DNA of 64,000 nucleotides, from the NCBI GenBank assembly GCA_030704615.1, contig CM060732.1, positions 9,114,001 to 9,178,000 on the forward strand, written 5' to 3'. Below the pieces are notes generated by a model. The model searched no databases. It saw only the letters and a program-made list of their open reading frames with translations, and was not told where the DNA came from. The stretch's first letter is position 1. Each line of letters starts with the position of its first letter. Positions 26,111 to 40,600 of the stretch are shown piece by piece. Source of the DNA: Takakia lepidozioides (lineage: Eukaryota > Plantae > Bryophyta). Position numbers and translations under genes: made by a program.

Positions 26111-29100
26111 GGGTAACTATAGCAGGAGGTTATGAGCATAAAAGAAAACCGTGGACACTGAACACCACCGCCACTTCAAATACCCGGTGAAACACCCTGA
26201 ACCTGTGAGTGAATAGCATTTGAAGACATAGAACCGACCCGGATATCTTTTAAGTGGACGGAAGCTGTTATAGTAGCTATGGTTTCGCAGCAAATTGTAA
26301 TTTTCTTTTGGAGGCCTGCAGAACCTATCGCTCAGGTTCAATGTGCCGTTTCAACTTCAATGTACATAGTGAAAATAGGACATGGTTCTGCAGCCTGATA
26401 GAGTACCTCAATTACATCCCATGGTAGGCAGGTTATATTTGGGTTACAACAAAGACCCAACATGAAATATCACCCCAGGTTATGATTTGTTTATGAATCG
26501 GCAAATAACCTGACCACACATATTGTCCTGCAAATAACCTTCATTCAATGTGCATATTTCACCTAGAACCGGAGGTTATTACTGCGTGAGTCAACTTGTA
26601 TAACCTGAACCTCATGAGCCTTGGAAAAAATGATAACCGACCAATAGTGGTATGGACCCCACTTTTTTCTGACGTAACGCGCTTTTTTCAACGAGCATGC
26701 TTTCTATACCGGAGTGGCCCGATATAGCAAGTTCCGCAAAAGGTTGCTATTCCCACGCCTAAAAGGATTCGCAAGTCCACTTAAGGTGAAGAACATGCGA
26801 GACCTACGGATTTTCACAGACTGCGCGTCACGCAGCCGGACTTAGGTTGACGGCAGGCGACCACACCAGCAACACCGCCAAAGAGCCTAGCCATCGCCAT
26901 CTGGCTCTTGGATTCTCCACAAAATTTGCTCGTGCCCAAAATCGACGCACACGCCAGTCGCGTGCAAGATAAGACAACTGCACGAAAAGCGTGAGGGCCA
27001 CGTAAGGGGGGATACGGAAGATCTTCTACCTAACCTCACGTAATGCCACTCGTTCTAACTACATGTAAAACTTGAAAAGCTAAAGTTTGTCTAACGTATC
27101 TTGCATGCACTCGTCTCCCCACTGCTTTAAGATTGTAAGATTGAGGAGAGACAAAAAAAAAAAGAAAAAAAAGAAGATTGTATCCTTTAAGACCTCACAA
27201 ACTTGGCAGTCTCAGCTTTTCCGCCAGGACTCCATTCTTTCAGCTCGTTCCTCTACATAATTAATCTATTTCTGACATGAGGGAACTACTCAGTCGAGGA
27301 ACCAGCTAAGAGCTAGCCTGGCGAAAATAACTTAGAAAGGGACTACTTAGGAGCTAAAAGTTCCGAGGTGTATATATGGATCAAAGGACATCAGCCTGTT
27401 CATTGTCGATGCAACACCAGCCCTTCACCCATGCAGTTGACAGGAAAAAAAGTGGTGCTAGTCTGACATAAATCCAAAGACAATCCTCATCTATTTTGGT
27501 TTGTCAGGATACATAAACTATGTACGTACGACCAATCGCCAGAAACCTGGTCCGAATTTCAGCAATTCATCTGGACAGTTCACAACATTTTAAAGTATTA
27601 CATGATCTATGATTCATGACACTCTTTCTGCACATGGACTGAACATAGCTGTAGTAAATTCACAGTAATAACGTCTATGCAGGCTGCCTCTCAGTGCTAC
27701 ATTGTCCCTTCGCCTGTCCCTTCTTAGCGTGGAATCCACAATTAAAAATTGGCCCGTCATGTAACTGGACACAACGGTCAAAATCAGGAAGACTTAAGTT
27801 GAAACATCAACGTCAGACTCTCATTCTACTTTGGGCTGTGGGACTCAAAAGCTTGAAGCTCATAATTTAGAATGATCGATGTAAAAGCCTGCATTCACCG
27901 CAACAATCTCTACCTTTAAAAGACTGAATAAGTTATACGTATTGAAAATCGCGGAGCTCAATCCTCATGATCGTGTCACGTTTGGTAGACACACCTCATG
28001 GATAAACTAATTATTTCAATGCTATCTTATTGCATTGAAGTGGAGAGCTCTCCTCTGCCTCGTGAATTTAGACTCTCAGTTTTCTAATGAGTTTAACATA
28101 CCAAAATTTCTGTACTGTTCAAAACAGAATTGAAGATGAACGCCGTCTCAGGGCCATGGTGACCTACAGTCGAAGAGGACCGTAGCTAAGTGGATCCCAT
28201 ATTTTTTTCAGAGCTCAGTGACAGATACTCAACTAAACATTTTGAGGCCTTAACAAATTTTAACTGATTTAATAAGTCTATGTCTGAAGTTCATGAGAAC
28301 GATAACTATCTAGATAGTTCAAAGAGAGTTTAGGTAGCCTACACTTCACGACCTAGGTGGTAAGGCTTTCGGTCGGGCCGTGGAGAGAATGATCTTAGAA
28401 TTTTATTCAACCATACGTAGACGTGCTCAGGCTGTGATAGATCCTCACTTGCTCTAAAGTTTTCGACGTTACGATGTGCAGACTTACAAATTTAGGGCTT
28501 GCATGAATATATCGTATCTAGAACTGAACAGTGTTCAGAAAGATGTCATGACATCTGCTAACGGAGCTCCTGCGAAAATAACATACGTATTAAAGGGATA
28601 GTTTCCTTATCAAACTACATACGTCTAAGTACAGCATTTCTAGAACTGTCAGAAAGTTAATGGCAGTGACAATCAATCAAAAAGTCAGCAAAAACGGTGT
28701 CTTCGACCATATTTAACAGCAACACCGTTGACCACGAGGATGTACTGCAGGCGCACATTACAGGTCTAAAGCCTCAGGCCTACTCATATAAGTTCTCTGA
28801 ATCTCGCCCAAGTTGGCACACAAATACACTGAGATTTACAGTCACTAGTTGCTGGTTCCAAGACAATTAGCACTTCAAGATGAGAAAGAATCACTCAAAT
28901 CCTATCAATATATCATGAAGTGTTCCTGAATCCTGTCTCGAACTATGAACTCACAGCTGATTGACACTCGTAATACCACACCTATCCAGATGATCTGTGA
29001 ATAACATAGCCAGCTCTACCTTTACTTATACATGATAAGAGATCCATATATACAGAAATCTATCACTAGCCCGACCGATACAAGTTCAAACTATGGAATC

Positions 29101-32071
29101 ATTGTGGCTCTGGATGCGCGCCTATTGTCATGAAGCCTTCCATGGTGCAAGACTGTTCTTAGAGACCTGCGGCCTGCAAACGACCTATTTGTGAGTGTGT
29201 TGGCCAGCAAAGTCTGACCACCTTCTGAGTTTCTCTATTCCTCCTCATTCCTTAGTTGATCTTTTGGCGATCAGCTGCAGCTCTTAATGCGAAAGGCAGG
29301 CATAGGCGCGCTCAATGCAGTATGAGAAGTCGTAAGCAAAAGGATCAGTTTGAAGTGATTTCAACCTTAAAATCAATCCAGGTATGCCGGACTTTTTCTG
29401 AGGGTTTTAGTATAGAAATAAACGAGTCAGCTAGGATGTCTCTCATTCACCGAGCTGATCAAATTCATCTAGAGGATGTGACTGCTGTTTAAACTGGTCT
29501 AGTCAACAGATGAAAAGACATGCAGAGCTCAGGCTGTTTCCATGACAACAGATCGTGGAGTTTTGGGCATTAGTTTTGAAAGAGTAAGTTTTGATTTATG
29601 GATTCTGAGGATGGCCTTACCTTCGAATCCTGCTTGGGACGAGCCAAACAGTGTAAGGAAGGTCAATAGGCCATGCCCTCCTCCCTCCCCGAGGAACCTA
29701 CCAGTGGTTCACTGGTGGGAAACTGTGTTAATGATCAGTTAAATTATACAACAGACCTCCTGAGAAATTCTCCAAGAAGATCTGAAAATATCTTACATGA
29801 TGAGAATCAGCTGGTGCAGGTTCAAGTATCTTTTCAAGTCGGTTTGTTCCTTGAGCTGAGTATATAACATGCACGCTCTGATTTGTGACTTCCTTATTTT
29901 CTGACATCTCGAAAGTAGTTGGCAAAATTCCACTGTTGAGAGGTCAACAGAGAAAAATAAGGTACTGACATCGACAGTCGATGAAGAGGGTAATCAAGCC
30001 AAATCTGTGCATAGTAATTCAGATTCTCTCTCAGGCTATGGTAGAAGACAGACGTTCCAGACCATCGTCTGTGGGGAAAGAAATATATTGAGTGTTCCAG
30101 ATGGTACTTAATACTAAATAAAGTGTATCCTTGTCTCAAAAAGCATCTTTTCACAAGTACAGGAGAGATGCTACAAGTTTCAGTCTTTCTAATGCTTCTT
30201 TGGGAAACGCATGCATCTGCAGGCGTGAACGTACCTGGTGTCACTGTAGTGGAAGGCTGAAGATCACACCAGCGACGGCTCCTCAAAGCCAACGAATAGC
30301 CTCTTAGCATAACTTTATCATATTCATGATCTTTAAATGTCTCTATCCAGATCTGACAGCCATATTTGTCCAACAGAACGTGATCTCGCACCTCCTGGCT
30401 TGTCAAGCATCCTACTCTCAGCTTGCAAGCTCATCCGAGGTTACAAATACTCACCCCTATTGTACAGGTAGTGCTGCGTCCATTCGGACGATTACCTCAA
30501 GTGAGAGCTGAGTTTTGGGTCTTCAACTGTGTTATATAAGTTATAAAAGGCTTTTCCTAGAATGTTGACATGATGGTCACCACAAAGCCACATGTTAGAG
30601 TTCCGACTCAAAACAATCTATCGACCAGTCATACATGTTCAAATGGCTGTTTTAGCTTTAAAGAAATGAAGAGTAAACATATCGATGTCCCTAGTCGGAA
30701 CCCCCACATATCCATAACACAGTTTGTAGTGGATGTACAGTATCCCTTAGGAACCCACGAGGCAGACGAAACACAGGGAAGGGACTGCACACGTCGCTTT
30801 GCAAGTGATCCTCTAGAAGACACAGCACCACGCTCCTTGGTTGCACACAGCTTGGCACGAAACTCTGGGCGACCTCACATATGTAAGAAACATCCATAAA
30901 TTACACCTCATAGACAAATCTGTGCCGGAAAACAGGTAAGCTGAACCATTGGCTATCGTTGCTCAATGTCATCGACTCTCCGAGTCAAATAGCTTTCAAT
31001 TTCAAAACGGTACATGTCAGCTGCAGGTAAAATGACAAGAAAAGGCACACCCAAATCCAGATCTATCCAAGTACAGTCGCAATCAAAAACTACAAAGTTC
31101 AACCCAACATGACCCAACCCCAGTGTACACGTATTTTGCATGTAAAATACAAACATGAAGACTAGAGAGTATCGTGCCAAGCTGCGGCGTCCAAGTAACG
31201 GCACCCTGCAGAACTTCGACAGCCATTGCTACATGGATGTACTGTACCGAGTAAGCCGCAGGCTCAGATGTCTACTGGGTTCTTGTCCAGGGATTTTGGG
31301 TGCCACCAGAGCACTCGGAACGAATAGACTTGTGGTACTCAGGCCTCAACTCCTTCATATACCGGCGGATAGACCAGGGTGGCTCCATTGTTCCAAAGTT
31401 TCTGACACTAGGATTCCGCCTGCGCCAACCGCAGAGCTAGAAGCGGTGGGATTTGGCGTACACTATGCACAAACCCTAGTAATGCGAGGAATTCAGTCAT
31501 TAGCCGCGTGATTTGATTTGTGGCTGGAAAAGCCCCAATCGATCCGCGCTTCCATGCCGATGAGGGTAGGTACGTGCCCTTCTTCAAATACAGGATTGGA
31601 TTTGCAAACAGAGGCATAGGGAAAGAAAAAAGATATGTCCGGGACCGAATCCCGATCCGTGAGGATGTCACTAGGGCATAAGAAGTGTCAGGATGCAAGA
31701 CTCTCCTGCAACCGCAGGTCGCGCCTGCCATTAAAGGAGCGCTTTTTCCATGTTACCACCTCACCCGTGGATGGCGAGACGAGGAATCGGGTGGCCACTT
31801 TCTGCTCCGGGTCAAGGCCAGCGAGCCTATGTGCAAACCGTTGAGAGCTGCGGGGCAGCCCTCGGCATTGTCCCTGCCCGCCGTGCCACGTCCTCTGCGC
31901 CCCACTCCGTACAAGCCCCCTGGTGGCGTATAAGCTCTCAAGCGGGACCCACCCGCCCTGCTGCCCGCCTTGCCACGTCATCGGAGGGGGCTCTCTCAGA
32001 AGGTGTATGACTAAAACAGATTGACCCATACACTTCTTGAGACAGTGTATGGCCAACTATAGAAGATACCT

Positions 32072-32245
32072 GGTGGATATGCCCATTCTTTTGGTCTTAA
32101 GCATGTTGCTGTCAGCAAACTCACAGGGGCGGCATGAAGGCATTTGCATCCTTATTCATTGTTGAATTTAAAAGAAAAATGATCGATTATGAATAGTTTA
32201 TGAATTTCTTAGACCGGTCATAGATATGTTTATAAGCATTCCTAA
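32072..32245. mobile_element. Truncated relative of the 15173-15734 MITE
   Basis: Shared blocks GGTGGATATGCC, TTGCTGTCAGC, TTTGCATCCTTATTCA, TATAAGC(G/A)TTCCT and GTGGGGTCAT in the same order. Confidence 0.7.
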
Positions 32246-32769
32246 AGTGGGGTCATTGTGTTGTAATTGTGATCCATTGTGAAGCAGTCTTGGACTGGTA
32301 TCGCAAAAATATGATACAAGTCCTGGTATCACAAGGGCCCATATTTCCCAAGACATGGTCCTGCTATTACGGTAAGGGGGCCGGGTAGGGTATAGGAAGG
32401 GTATCAATAACGTAAATTTGTGGATGTATAGCAGTAGGGTATCAATATTATTATTTTTCCATCTCACATGGGCAAAATATGAATATTGCCGAGGTAGGCC
32501 AAAAGAATATTCAATAACCTGAAAAAAAAAAAAAAAATGACCTTCACATTGGATCACAATTACAACACAATGCAATGCACACATACAAAACCAAAATTGA
32601 GCTCACACACATTGCAAAAAGACGTCATGAAATTCTATGCTCATATAATGGACTGCCACATTACTCAAAATGCCTTCCTAGGCTTCTACTACAACTCAAA
32701 CATGAGTAAGTTCAGAGCGGTCATAGAGGCCGCAAGAGGTTGGTCACGCTGCCGTGTGGGAACGGTAGC

Positions 32770-34333
32770 AAAGTCTTAAAGGTATCGGAAACGCCCAACT
32801 GAGTGGGAGGGCGAATAAACCTGCTAACGGCGAAAGAATGGGCCGTGGAGGAGCCATACGAACCCGAGTTTTTGCTTTACATGAGGAAAGTGGAAGGAGA
32901 AGTCGATAGGGAGCCGAGCCCAAATTGGAATATGGGAATCTTGGAGAAATACGAAGATGTAATGCCAGAGGATTTACCGAGCGGCTTGCCACCACGAAGA
33001 GGGGTCGACCATAAGATTGAGGTGGTGCCGGGAACGGAGCTGCCTGCCAAGGCACCCTACCGGTTGAGCCATAGAGAGTTGGTGGAGTTGAAAGAGCAGC
33101 TCAAAGACCTCATGGCAAAGGGATACATCCGGCCAAGTAAGTCACCTTACGGAGCCCCGGTGTTATTTACAGATAAAAAGGATGGGACAATACGGATGTG
33201 TGTCGATTACAGGGCTCTGAACAAGATGATTATCAAAAACTGGTACCATTTGCCAAGGATTGACAACCTCTTTGATCGGTTGGCAGACGCAAAGTATTTC
33301 AGCCGGATCGACTTGCGCTCAGGTTACCATCAGATTCGGGTGGCAGAAGGGGACGGAGAGAAAACGGCGTGCAGGACGAGATATAGCTCATACGAGTTTT
33401 TGGTGATGCCCTTTGGGTTCACCAATGCAACGCCGACGACTTTTAGCACGCTGATGAACATCCTCTTCCAGGAGTGACTAGATGACTTTGTGATCATGTA
33501 CATCGACGACATCTTGGTGTACTCGACAACAAAAGAAGACCACCTGGAGCACCTAAAAATGGTGTTCCAAAAGTTGCAGGAAAGGAAGCTCTATGCCAAA
33601 GCTTCAAAGTGCGAATTCGGGGTCACAAAGGTGGAGTTCCTAGGGCATGTGATTACACAAGATATGATCAAAATGGATGATAGAAATGTGAGGGCAATCT
33701 TGGACTGGGAACCTCCGACTTCGGTCCCGAGAGTGCGATCATTTATGGGACACGCCTCCTACTACCGAAAGTATGTGAGGAATTATGCCAAGATTGCGGG
33801 GCCGCTATCGGATCTCTTGCGTAAATCTAAGGTGTGGGTGTGGAACACCTTTTATGACCAAGCATTTGCTGAGTTGAAGCAGTGGATGGGGGAGACTCCC
33901 ATCTTTAAGATCCCGGAGTTCGACCGTCCATTTAAGATTCACATAGACGTGTCGGACTTCGCAATTGGGGGTGTTCTCATGCAGGATGGGCGTCCAGTCG
34001 CTTACAAAAGTAAGAAACTGAACGAGGTAGAGAGGCCGTGGCCTACGCACGAGAAAGAAATGAAGGCGGTGGTGCACTGCCTTGAGCTTTGGCGCCACTA
34101 TGGTGGTTCTAACTCGGTGAAGGTATTCACGGACAATGTCACGGTAAAGTATTTTTCCACGCAACCTAAGTTGTCCCCAAAATAAATTAGGTGGCAAGAC
34201 ACTTTGACATTGTTTGACGTGGATATCCAGTACAAGCTGGGACGAGACTATGTGGTGGCTGATGCTTTGAGTAGGAAGCAGCAGCTAATGTTGGTGTACA
34301 AAGGTGAGACCAAGTTGCAAAGGAAGATATGGA
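32770..34333 (+). pseudogene. Truncated Galadriel-like Ty3/gypsy pol fragment (RT-RNase H), older paralog of the 36037-43008 element
   Basis: [51 protein letters not shown]; premature stops at 33475 and 34183. Confidence 0.92.
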
Positions 34334-34570
34334 CGAATTTGCGACAGGATTGCACACATCAGTGACGTCACGTCAGACCTGACGCTGACGCGACCAACGT
34401 CCCGTCAGTTTTGCCGAAAAATCAGTAAAACATGAGTTAGGTGAAAAATATGTCACGTAGGTAGACACGTTGTATTCCAAGCGACACCTTGGCAAGTGAA
34501 TGAATTGTTTTATAAATTACTCCATCCGCCAGTATTTGAGGTCATTTTTAAATAATTACTGTTAAATTTG

Positions 34571-35171
34571 TGCGACCTCCAAATGTTGGTGGTCGTAGAA
34601 TTTATCTTATTTTTTAATAGTTGCGACCATTAGCAGAGGGGTGGTCGCAGCATTTTTGTTTTTTAAAAATAGATGCGACCACCAGCAGGAGTGGTCGCAT
34701 TTTTTTCTTTTCTTAAACAGTTGCGATCACCGCTACTGGTGGTCGCACAATTTTTATTTTATTTATAATAGGTGCGACCACCATCAGGGGGGTGGTCGCA
34801 ACATTTTTCTGTTTTTTAATATCTGCGACTACCAGCATGGGGTGGTCGCAGCATTTTTCTGTTTTTTTAATAGGTGCGACCACCAACAAGGGGGTGGTCG
34901 TAGCATTTTTCTGTTTTTTTAATATCTGCGACCACGAGCATGGGGATGGTCGCAGAATTTTTCTATTTTTTAATAGGTGCGACCACCAGCAAGGGGGTGG
35001 TCGCAGCATTTTTCTGTTTTTTAATATCTGTGACCATCAGCAAGGGGGTGGTCGCAACAGTTTTTTTTTTTTTTTTTTTAATAGGTGCGACCATCAGTAT
35101 GGGGTGGTTGTAGCATTTGTTAATTAATTTAAATAACATGCGACTTCCTCGTGCGACCTGGAGCGGTCGCA
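34571..35171. repeat. Array of about 12 hairpin units TGCGACCACC-N6-8-GGTGGTCGCA with T-rich spacers, period about 51 bp
   Basis: Directly visible. Further units with inverted loop polarity occur at 53828-53938. Confidence 0.95.
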
Positions 35172-36036
35172 ACATTGGATTCTGATTCGTTGAGCGTGTG
35201 AGGCTTGGAGGCTGGAGGGTATATAAGGTGGTCACAATGCCCCTCACTTCTTTTGTGGCAAACACTTTTGTGGCGAGTGAATGTTCTCTATTCCTTGAGC
35301 AAGAGTGTAGCCTAAGAGGAGGGTGCGGACTGTTTGCTGTTGTGGCTTCCACCAGAGCCACTGCAGCAAATTGTCAAAAAACACAATACTACATGGTGCA
35401 TTGATCCACTTGGATTGATACCGTAGTGTTGGGCCATCGCATTTTGTTCTACCTTCTATTGCTCTTGACAAATCTACCAAGTACACTAGTGTTCTTCGTT
35501 CAACCTTAAGTCTGTGGTTAGGGTTTTGGGTGTGAGGATGAGGGAGGATTGGATCCCCTGGTTCACATGGGAAGAATGCAGGGGTTAGTTTGTGCCTAAA
35601 AGCCTCCATGTGAGTGAAAGCCCACTTTGCCCAATGTGGAGGCAATATCCCACCGTCTCTTGATGTGGCTGCGGCTTCTGAGCCAAACACTCCATGTTCG
35701 AATCAAAATGCCCCTCAGAATTGTACCCAGGGGGATTCTTGCGAGGCGTCTGCTATTCGTGGAGAAGCCGGTGGGTTAGAAGCAACACCCGATTATACGC
35801 CAGCACTTGTACGGATCAGACCATTGAGGCAACAATCAATGCAAGAAGGCTTAAATTTGTCGCACATGAGGACTCCGGATAAGAAGTGGGCCCAATTTTT
35901 CTACGACGCCAATATTCCGTTCAATGTCTCGAGGCTTCATGCGTTTGTGGCTGCTGTCAAAACCATATCCGATTCCAAGTCCACATACACACCTCCGAGT
36001 TATCGCGATCTCCGCACATGATTGCTAGAAGGGAGT

Positions 36037-36763
36037 TGTCGCGCACCTCACTTCGGTAAACTCCCCTTCAAGTCATAGTTACTCGCTTTGATGCGCGCGC
36101 CTGACTCCCAACCTGGCCGCCGGGCCAACTTGGAGTTTCGGCTGCTCACCGGGACATAACGGTCCCCTTCCGCTTCCCTCTAAACCCTCCACCTATTTGG
36201 GACTAGGAGAATTCCCTTTGGTAGATGGCAGTCCGGAACAGCTCCCCACTCTTTGGTCGCTTTCCGGCTCGCTCGCTTACTCACTAGTTTTTGGTCACCA
36301 ACGGGCTTGCACCGTTCTCGGGGTTACTACTCCCTATATATACTTCTGTAGCTGTCCGCGGGGGTTCCACAACCAGCCATGCCATTTTATGGCGAACCAC
36401 CACGAAAACCCTCGACTCCCGGTGGTGAGTCGCGGTGAGTCTTGGCCCGCTCACCACGGCCCCTATGGACCGTGATGAGTCCCAAGACTCCCCACGACTC
36501 CCACCACGAGGTCTCCGCCCCCATGGTGAGTCCTATGCCACCCCCACTAAGTCCCACTAAGCTACCACCACCCCTTGTGGAGCCACCCCCACCGCAACCC
36601 GGTGTGCGGGGCTCCACCTAGTGAGCGCCTCCGCTTCCCTGAGTGCCTTGGGCACTCAAGGGTGGCTCAGCCCCCCCATACCTATCGCTGCTGCTGCCCC
36701 CACCACAGGGGCAGCCCCTCATGTGTCCCGACCCCCCTGCCCTCAAGGCAAAGGGCTGCGACA
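36037..36763 (-). repeat. 3' LTR (727 bp)
   Basis: Near-identical to 42284-43008: I count 2 substitutions and 2 single-base homopolymer indels. Confidence 0.97.
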
Positions 36764-37667
36764 CACACTCCTACCAACAGGGAGTCGATGTCCTCATCGA
36801 CTTGTCCATTTTGTAGAAACGAACATCCAAGTTGTGGCGTCCCACATCAAGGAGTTTGTTTCTGTACCATGGCGTCCCATGGCAAAGAACCAAACCCCAC
36901 ACTTGACTCTACTCCCCTAGCTAGTTCGGCCGACTTCCTCCAAGTCCCGGCCAAGGGTGGAGCCTCTCCAGCTCCTCCCAGTGCACTCTTCTTGGCCTAC
37001 TTCAAGGCCAAGGAACGATCCTCCCCGAGGATCGAATCGCCTTACTGCAACAACATTGCTTGCGATCGCTCATGATGCCGCTTTTGGCATCACCTTGAGC
37101 AAGGGTTCACCTGGAACCCTCTTTGACTAGGAAGATAACCTTGAACCAACCGTGCGCCCCAATCACTACAATTGGGTCCGCCTTGGAATGCTGGCCTGAG
37201 GTACGGGAACACGCCGAAGCCGCACTACGACTTCGTCCCGAGGCTACACGATTATAGTACGTGAACGGAAGCACGTAGCTTCCGCGTTAGCCCGCACTAC
37301 AAGGCAACCCCCTCGGTAGCGCAGTTATAGTACGCGCACGCGCCAGGTGCGCACTAGCACGTGAACTCCCAAATAAGGCGCAAGTTTCCTTGCCCCTTGG
37401 ATGGGAGTCACCCGATTTTGGCACTGCGCAAACACACGATTAACCCAATTTACCTCTCCCATTTTTGTAAGCTAGCATGCATTCTACACACTAGCCAACC
37501 ACACCATGCATCACCATTCCAAACACAATAGGACGCATAATATTTGGAACCCATTTCCTTTATAACAAATTTTTGTACAATACAAGTTTTTGCAATCGGA
37601 TTCCTGAGCTAGCTAAACCGGGCTAAGTATGCATTTCCTCCCCCACGCTCCAAGGTTGATGTCCCCA

Positions 37668-40600
37668 TCAACGTTTCTTCCGCTTTTGAGGTCGCCCTTC
37701 GAACGCTGCAACTGCCTCGGATGCGTTTCCCATTTCTGAGGCACGCACCCAAGATGCCTCCACAAGATGATAGCCCTTCCATTTGACGAGATACTCCGTT
37801 TCTCGGTTCTTGAACCTCCTCGACTTAAGTATTGCCTCCACCTCGTACTCAGGTTCATTTTCATGATCCAACAGCATAGGTGGCGGACGCAACACTTGCT
37901 GCCGATTCGGACGTGCTTCATCTTTGAAGTAAGGCTTCAAAAGGGAGACATGGAATACTGGGTGCACCTTGCTGTTTGCCGGCAGCTCCAATTCATACAC
38001 ATCCTCATTCATAACCCTCCGAATGCGAAAGGGACCCGCATACGGAGGTACGAACTTCGGACTCACTTCCGGAGGTAGTCGAAAATTCTTGATGTTCAAC
38101 CAGACCTCTGTGCCTGCCTCAAACTTCACTTCCCTCCGCTTCCGATTCGCCTGCCTTTCATACCGTTTCCTAGCTTTGGCAATGTTGTACTTTGCGAGCT
38201 TCAACAAACGCTCGCGTTCTTCCAGTACCGCCGCTACTGCCGGTTCCTCAACGTCCTGGGCGGCCCAACTTGTCGGCACCAGAGGTGCTTTTCCATAGAC
38301 CAACACAAAAGGGGAAACTCCCGTCGCGGAGTGTTCTGTGTTATTATAACAGAACTCTGCCGCGTCTAAGTGTTCCATCCAGTCTGATTGGTCTGCCGAC
38401 ACGTAATTCCGCAAGAATTGCTTCACTACGGAATTCACTCTTTCCGTTTGGCCGTCCGTCGTAGGTCGGAAGGCGGTGCTCATCTTCAGCCTCGTCCCCA
38501 TCTTCTTCCAAAGTGCTCTCCAGAATTTACTCGTAAACTTTGGATCGCGGTCCGAGACAATATCCTTCGGGACTCCATGATGCTTTAAGACGTGGGTGAA
38601 GTAAAGTCGCCCTGTCTCCTGCGCCGTTGCCGTCTCCTTGGTGGGGATGAAATGGGCCATTTTACTGAACCTATCTACCACCACCATGATTGCATCGAAT
38701 CCTTTTGACAGCGGCATAGCAGTCATGAAATCCATCGAGACGCTTTCCCAAGTCCCCTCTGGAATCGGCAAGGGTTGTAACAGCCCCGCTTGCTTTTTGT
38801 ACTCGCTCCGGTTTTGTTGGCATGTGGTGCATGTCTTGACATACTCCTCTGCCTCCTCCCTCAGTTTGGGCCAGAAATACTCTTTCTTCAAGAGTGCCGC
38901 AGTGCGCTTGGCTCCACCGTGGCCCGCAAGCGGGCTATCATGGCATTCTCTCAAGAGACTATCCCTGATCCCTCCCTTTGGCACATAGAGACGTTTTTGC
39001 TTATACCGGAGCAGTCCGTTTTGCAAGTGGAACTGCGATTTAGCCCCCATTCTCAAGTCCTGCATCACGCACTTTGCCAGCTCATCCTTCCGGCAAGCCT
39101 TCCGGATCTTCCTTTGGAGCGCCGTCTCGCCCTTGTACACCAACAAGAGCTGCTGCTTTCTACTTAAAGCATCGGCCACCACATTGTCCCATCCCGGTTT
39201 GTACTGGATATCCACGTCGAACACTGCCAAAGTATCTTGCCACCTAAGTTGTTTTGGGGACAACTTGGGCTGCGTGGCAAAATACTTCACCGTGACATTG
39301 TCCGTGAACACCTTCACTGGGTTGGAACCAACATAGTGGCGCCAGAGTTCAAGGCAATGCACCACCGCCTTCATCTCTTTTTCGTGCGTCGGCCACCGCG
39401 CTCCACTTCATTCAGTTTCTTACTTTCGTAAGCCACTGGACGTCCATCTTGCATAAGTACACCCCCAATGCGAAGTCCGATGCATCTGTATGAATCTCAA
39501 ACGGACGATCGAACTCCGGGATTTTCAAGACTGGAGCTTCCGTCATCCGCTGCTTCAATTCAGCAAAAGCTTGGCCACAAAATGTGTTCCATACCCAGAC
39601 TTTGGATTTACACAGAAGGTCCGACAGCGGCCCCGCGATCTTGGCGAAATTTCTCACATACTTCCGGTAATAGGAGGCGAGTCCTAGGAAGGATCGCACT
39701 CCCGGGACCGAAGTCGGAGGCTCCCAGTCCAAGATCGCCCTCACCTTTCTGTCATCCATTTTGATCCCATCCTGTGTAATCACATGCCCCAAGAACTCCA
39801 CTTTTGTGACCCCGAATTCGCACTTTGAAGCTTTGGCATACAGCTTCCCTTCTCGCAATTTCTGGAACACCCTTTTGAGATGCTCCAGGTGCTCCTCCTT
39901 TGTTTTCGAGTACACTAAGATGTCGTCGATGTACACGATCACAAAGTCATCCAACCACTCCTGGAAAAGGCTGTTCATCAGCGTGCTAAATGTCGCTGGT
40001 GCATTGGTGAGCCCAAAAGGCATCACCAAGAACTCATATGAACCATACCTTGTCCTGCACGCGGTCTTCTCCTCATCTCCTTCTGCCACCCGAATTTGGT
40101 GATAGCCGGAGCGCAAGTCGATCCGGCTGAAATACTTCGCTCCTGCCAACCGATCGAAGAGGTCGTCGATCCTTGGCAAAGGGTACCGGTTTTTTATAGT
40201 CACCTTATTCAGAGCCCTGTAATCGACACACATCCGCAGTGTCCCATCCTTCTTGTCTGCAAATAGCACCGGGGCTCCGTAAGGTGACTTACTCGGCCGG
40301 ATGTACCCCTTTGACATTAGATCCTTGAGCTGAGTCTTCAGCTCGACCAACTCTCTGTGGCTCAACCGGTAGGGCGCCTTGGCAGGTGGTCCCGATCCCG
40401 GTATCACCTCAATCTTGTGGTCAACTCCTCTTCGCGGTGGCAAGCCGCTTGGTAAATCCTCCGGCATCACATCCTGGTATTTCTCCAAAATCCCCTTGAT
40501 CCAATCTGGGCTCGGCTCCCCATCGCCTTCTCCTTTCACTTCTCTAATGTAAAGCAAAAACTGGGACTCGTGTGCCTCCTCCACGGCCCACTCCTTTGCT

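Noticed and set aside
29640-29700. Minus-strand peptide FLGEGGG resembling the cap-methyltransferase motif of mononegaviral L proteins
   Set aside because: Short, preceded by a stop a few codons upstream, derived from a low-complexity CCCTCCTCCCTCCCC tract, and no other L-protein motifs were found.
34571-35171. CRISPR-like array of palindromic repeats
   Set aside because: Spacers are near-identical T-rich sequences rather than unique; the context is eukaryotic with no cas genes; the same units recur at the other side of the hAT transposase.
34641-35361. Repetitive Cys/His/Phe-rich ORFs (NRCDHQQGGGR...)
   Set aside because: Artefacts of translating the 51-bp hairpin array.
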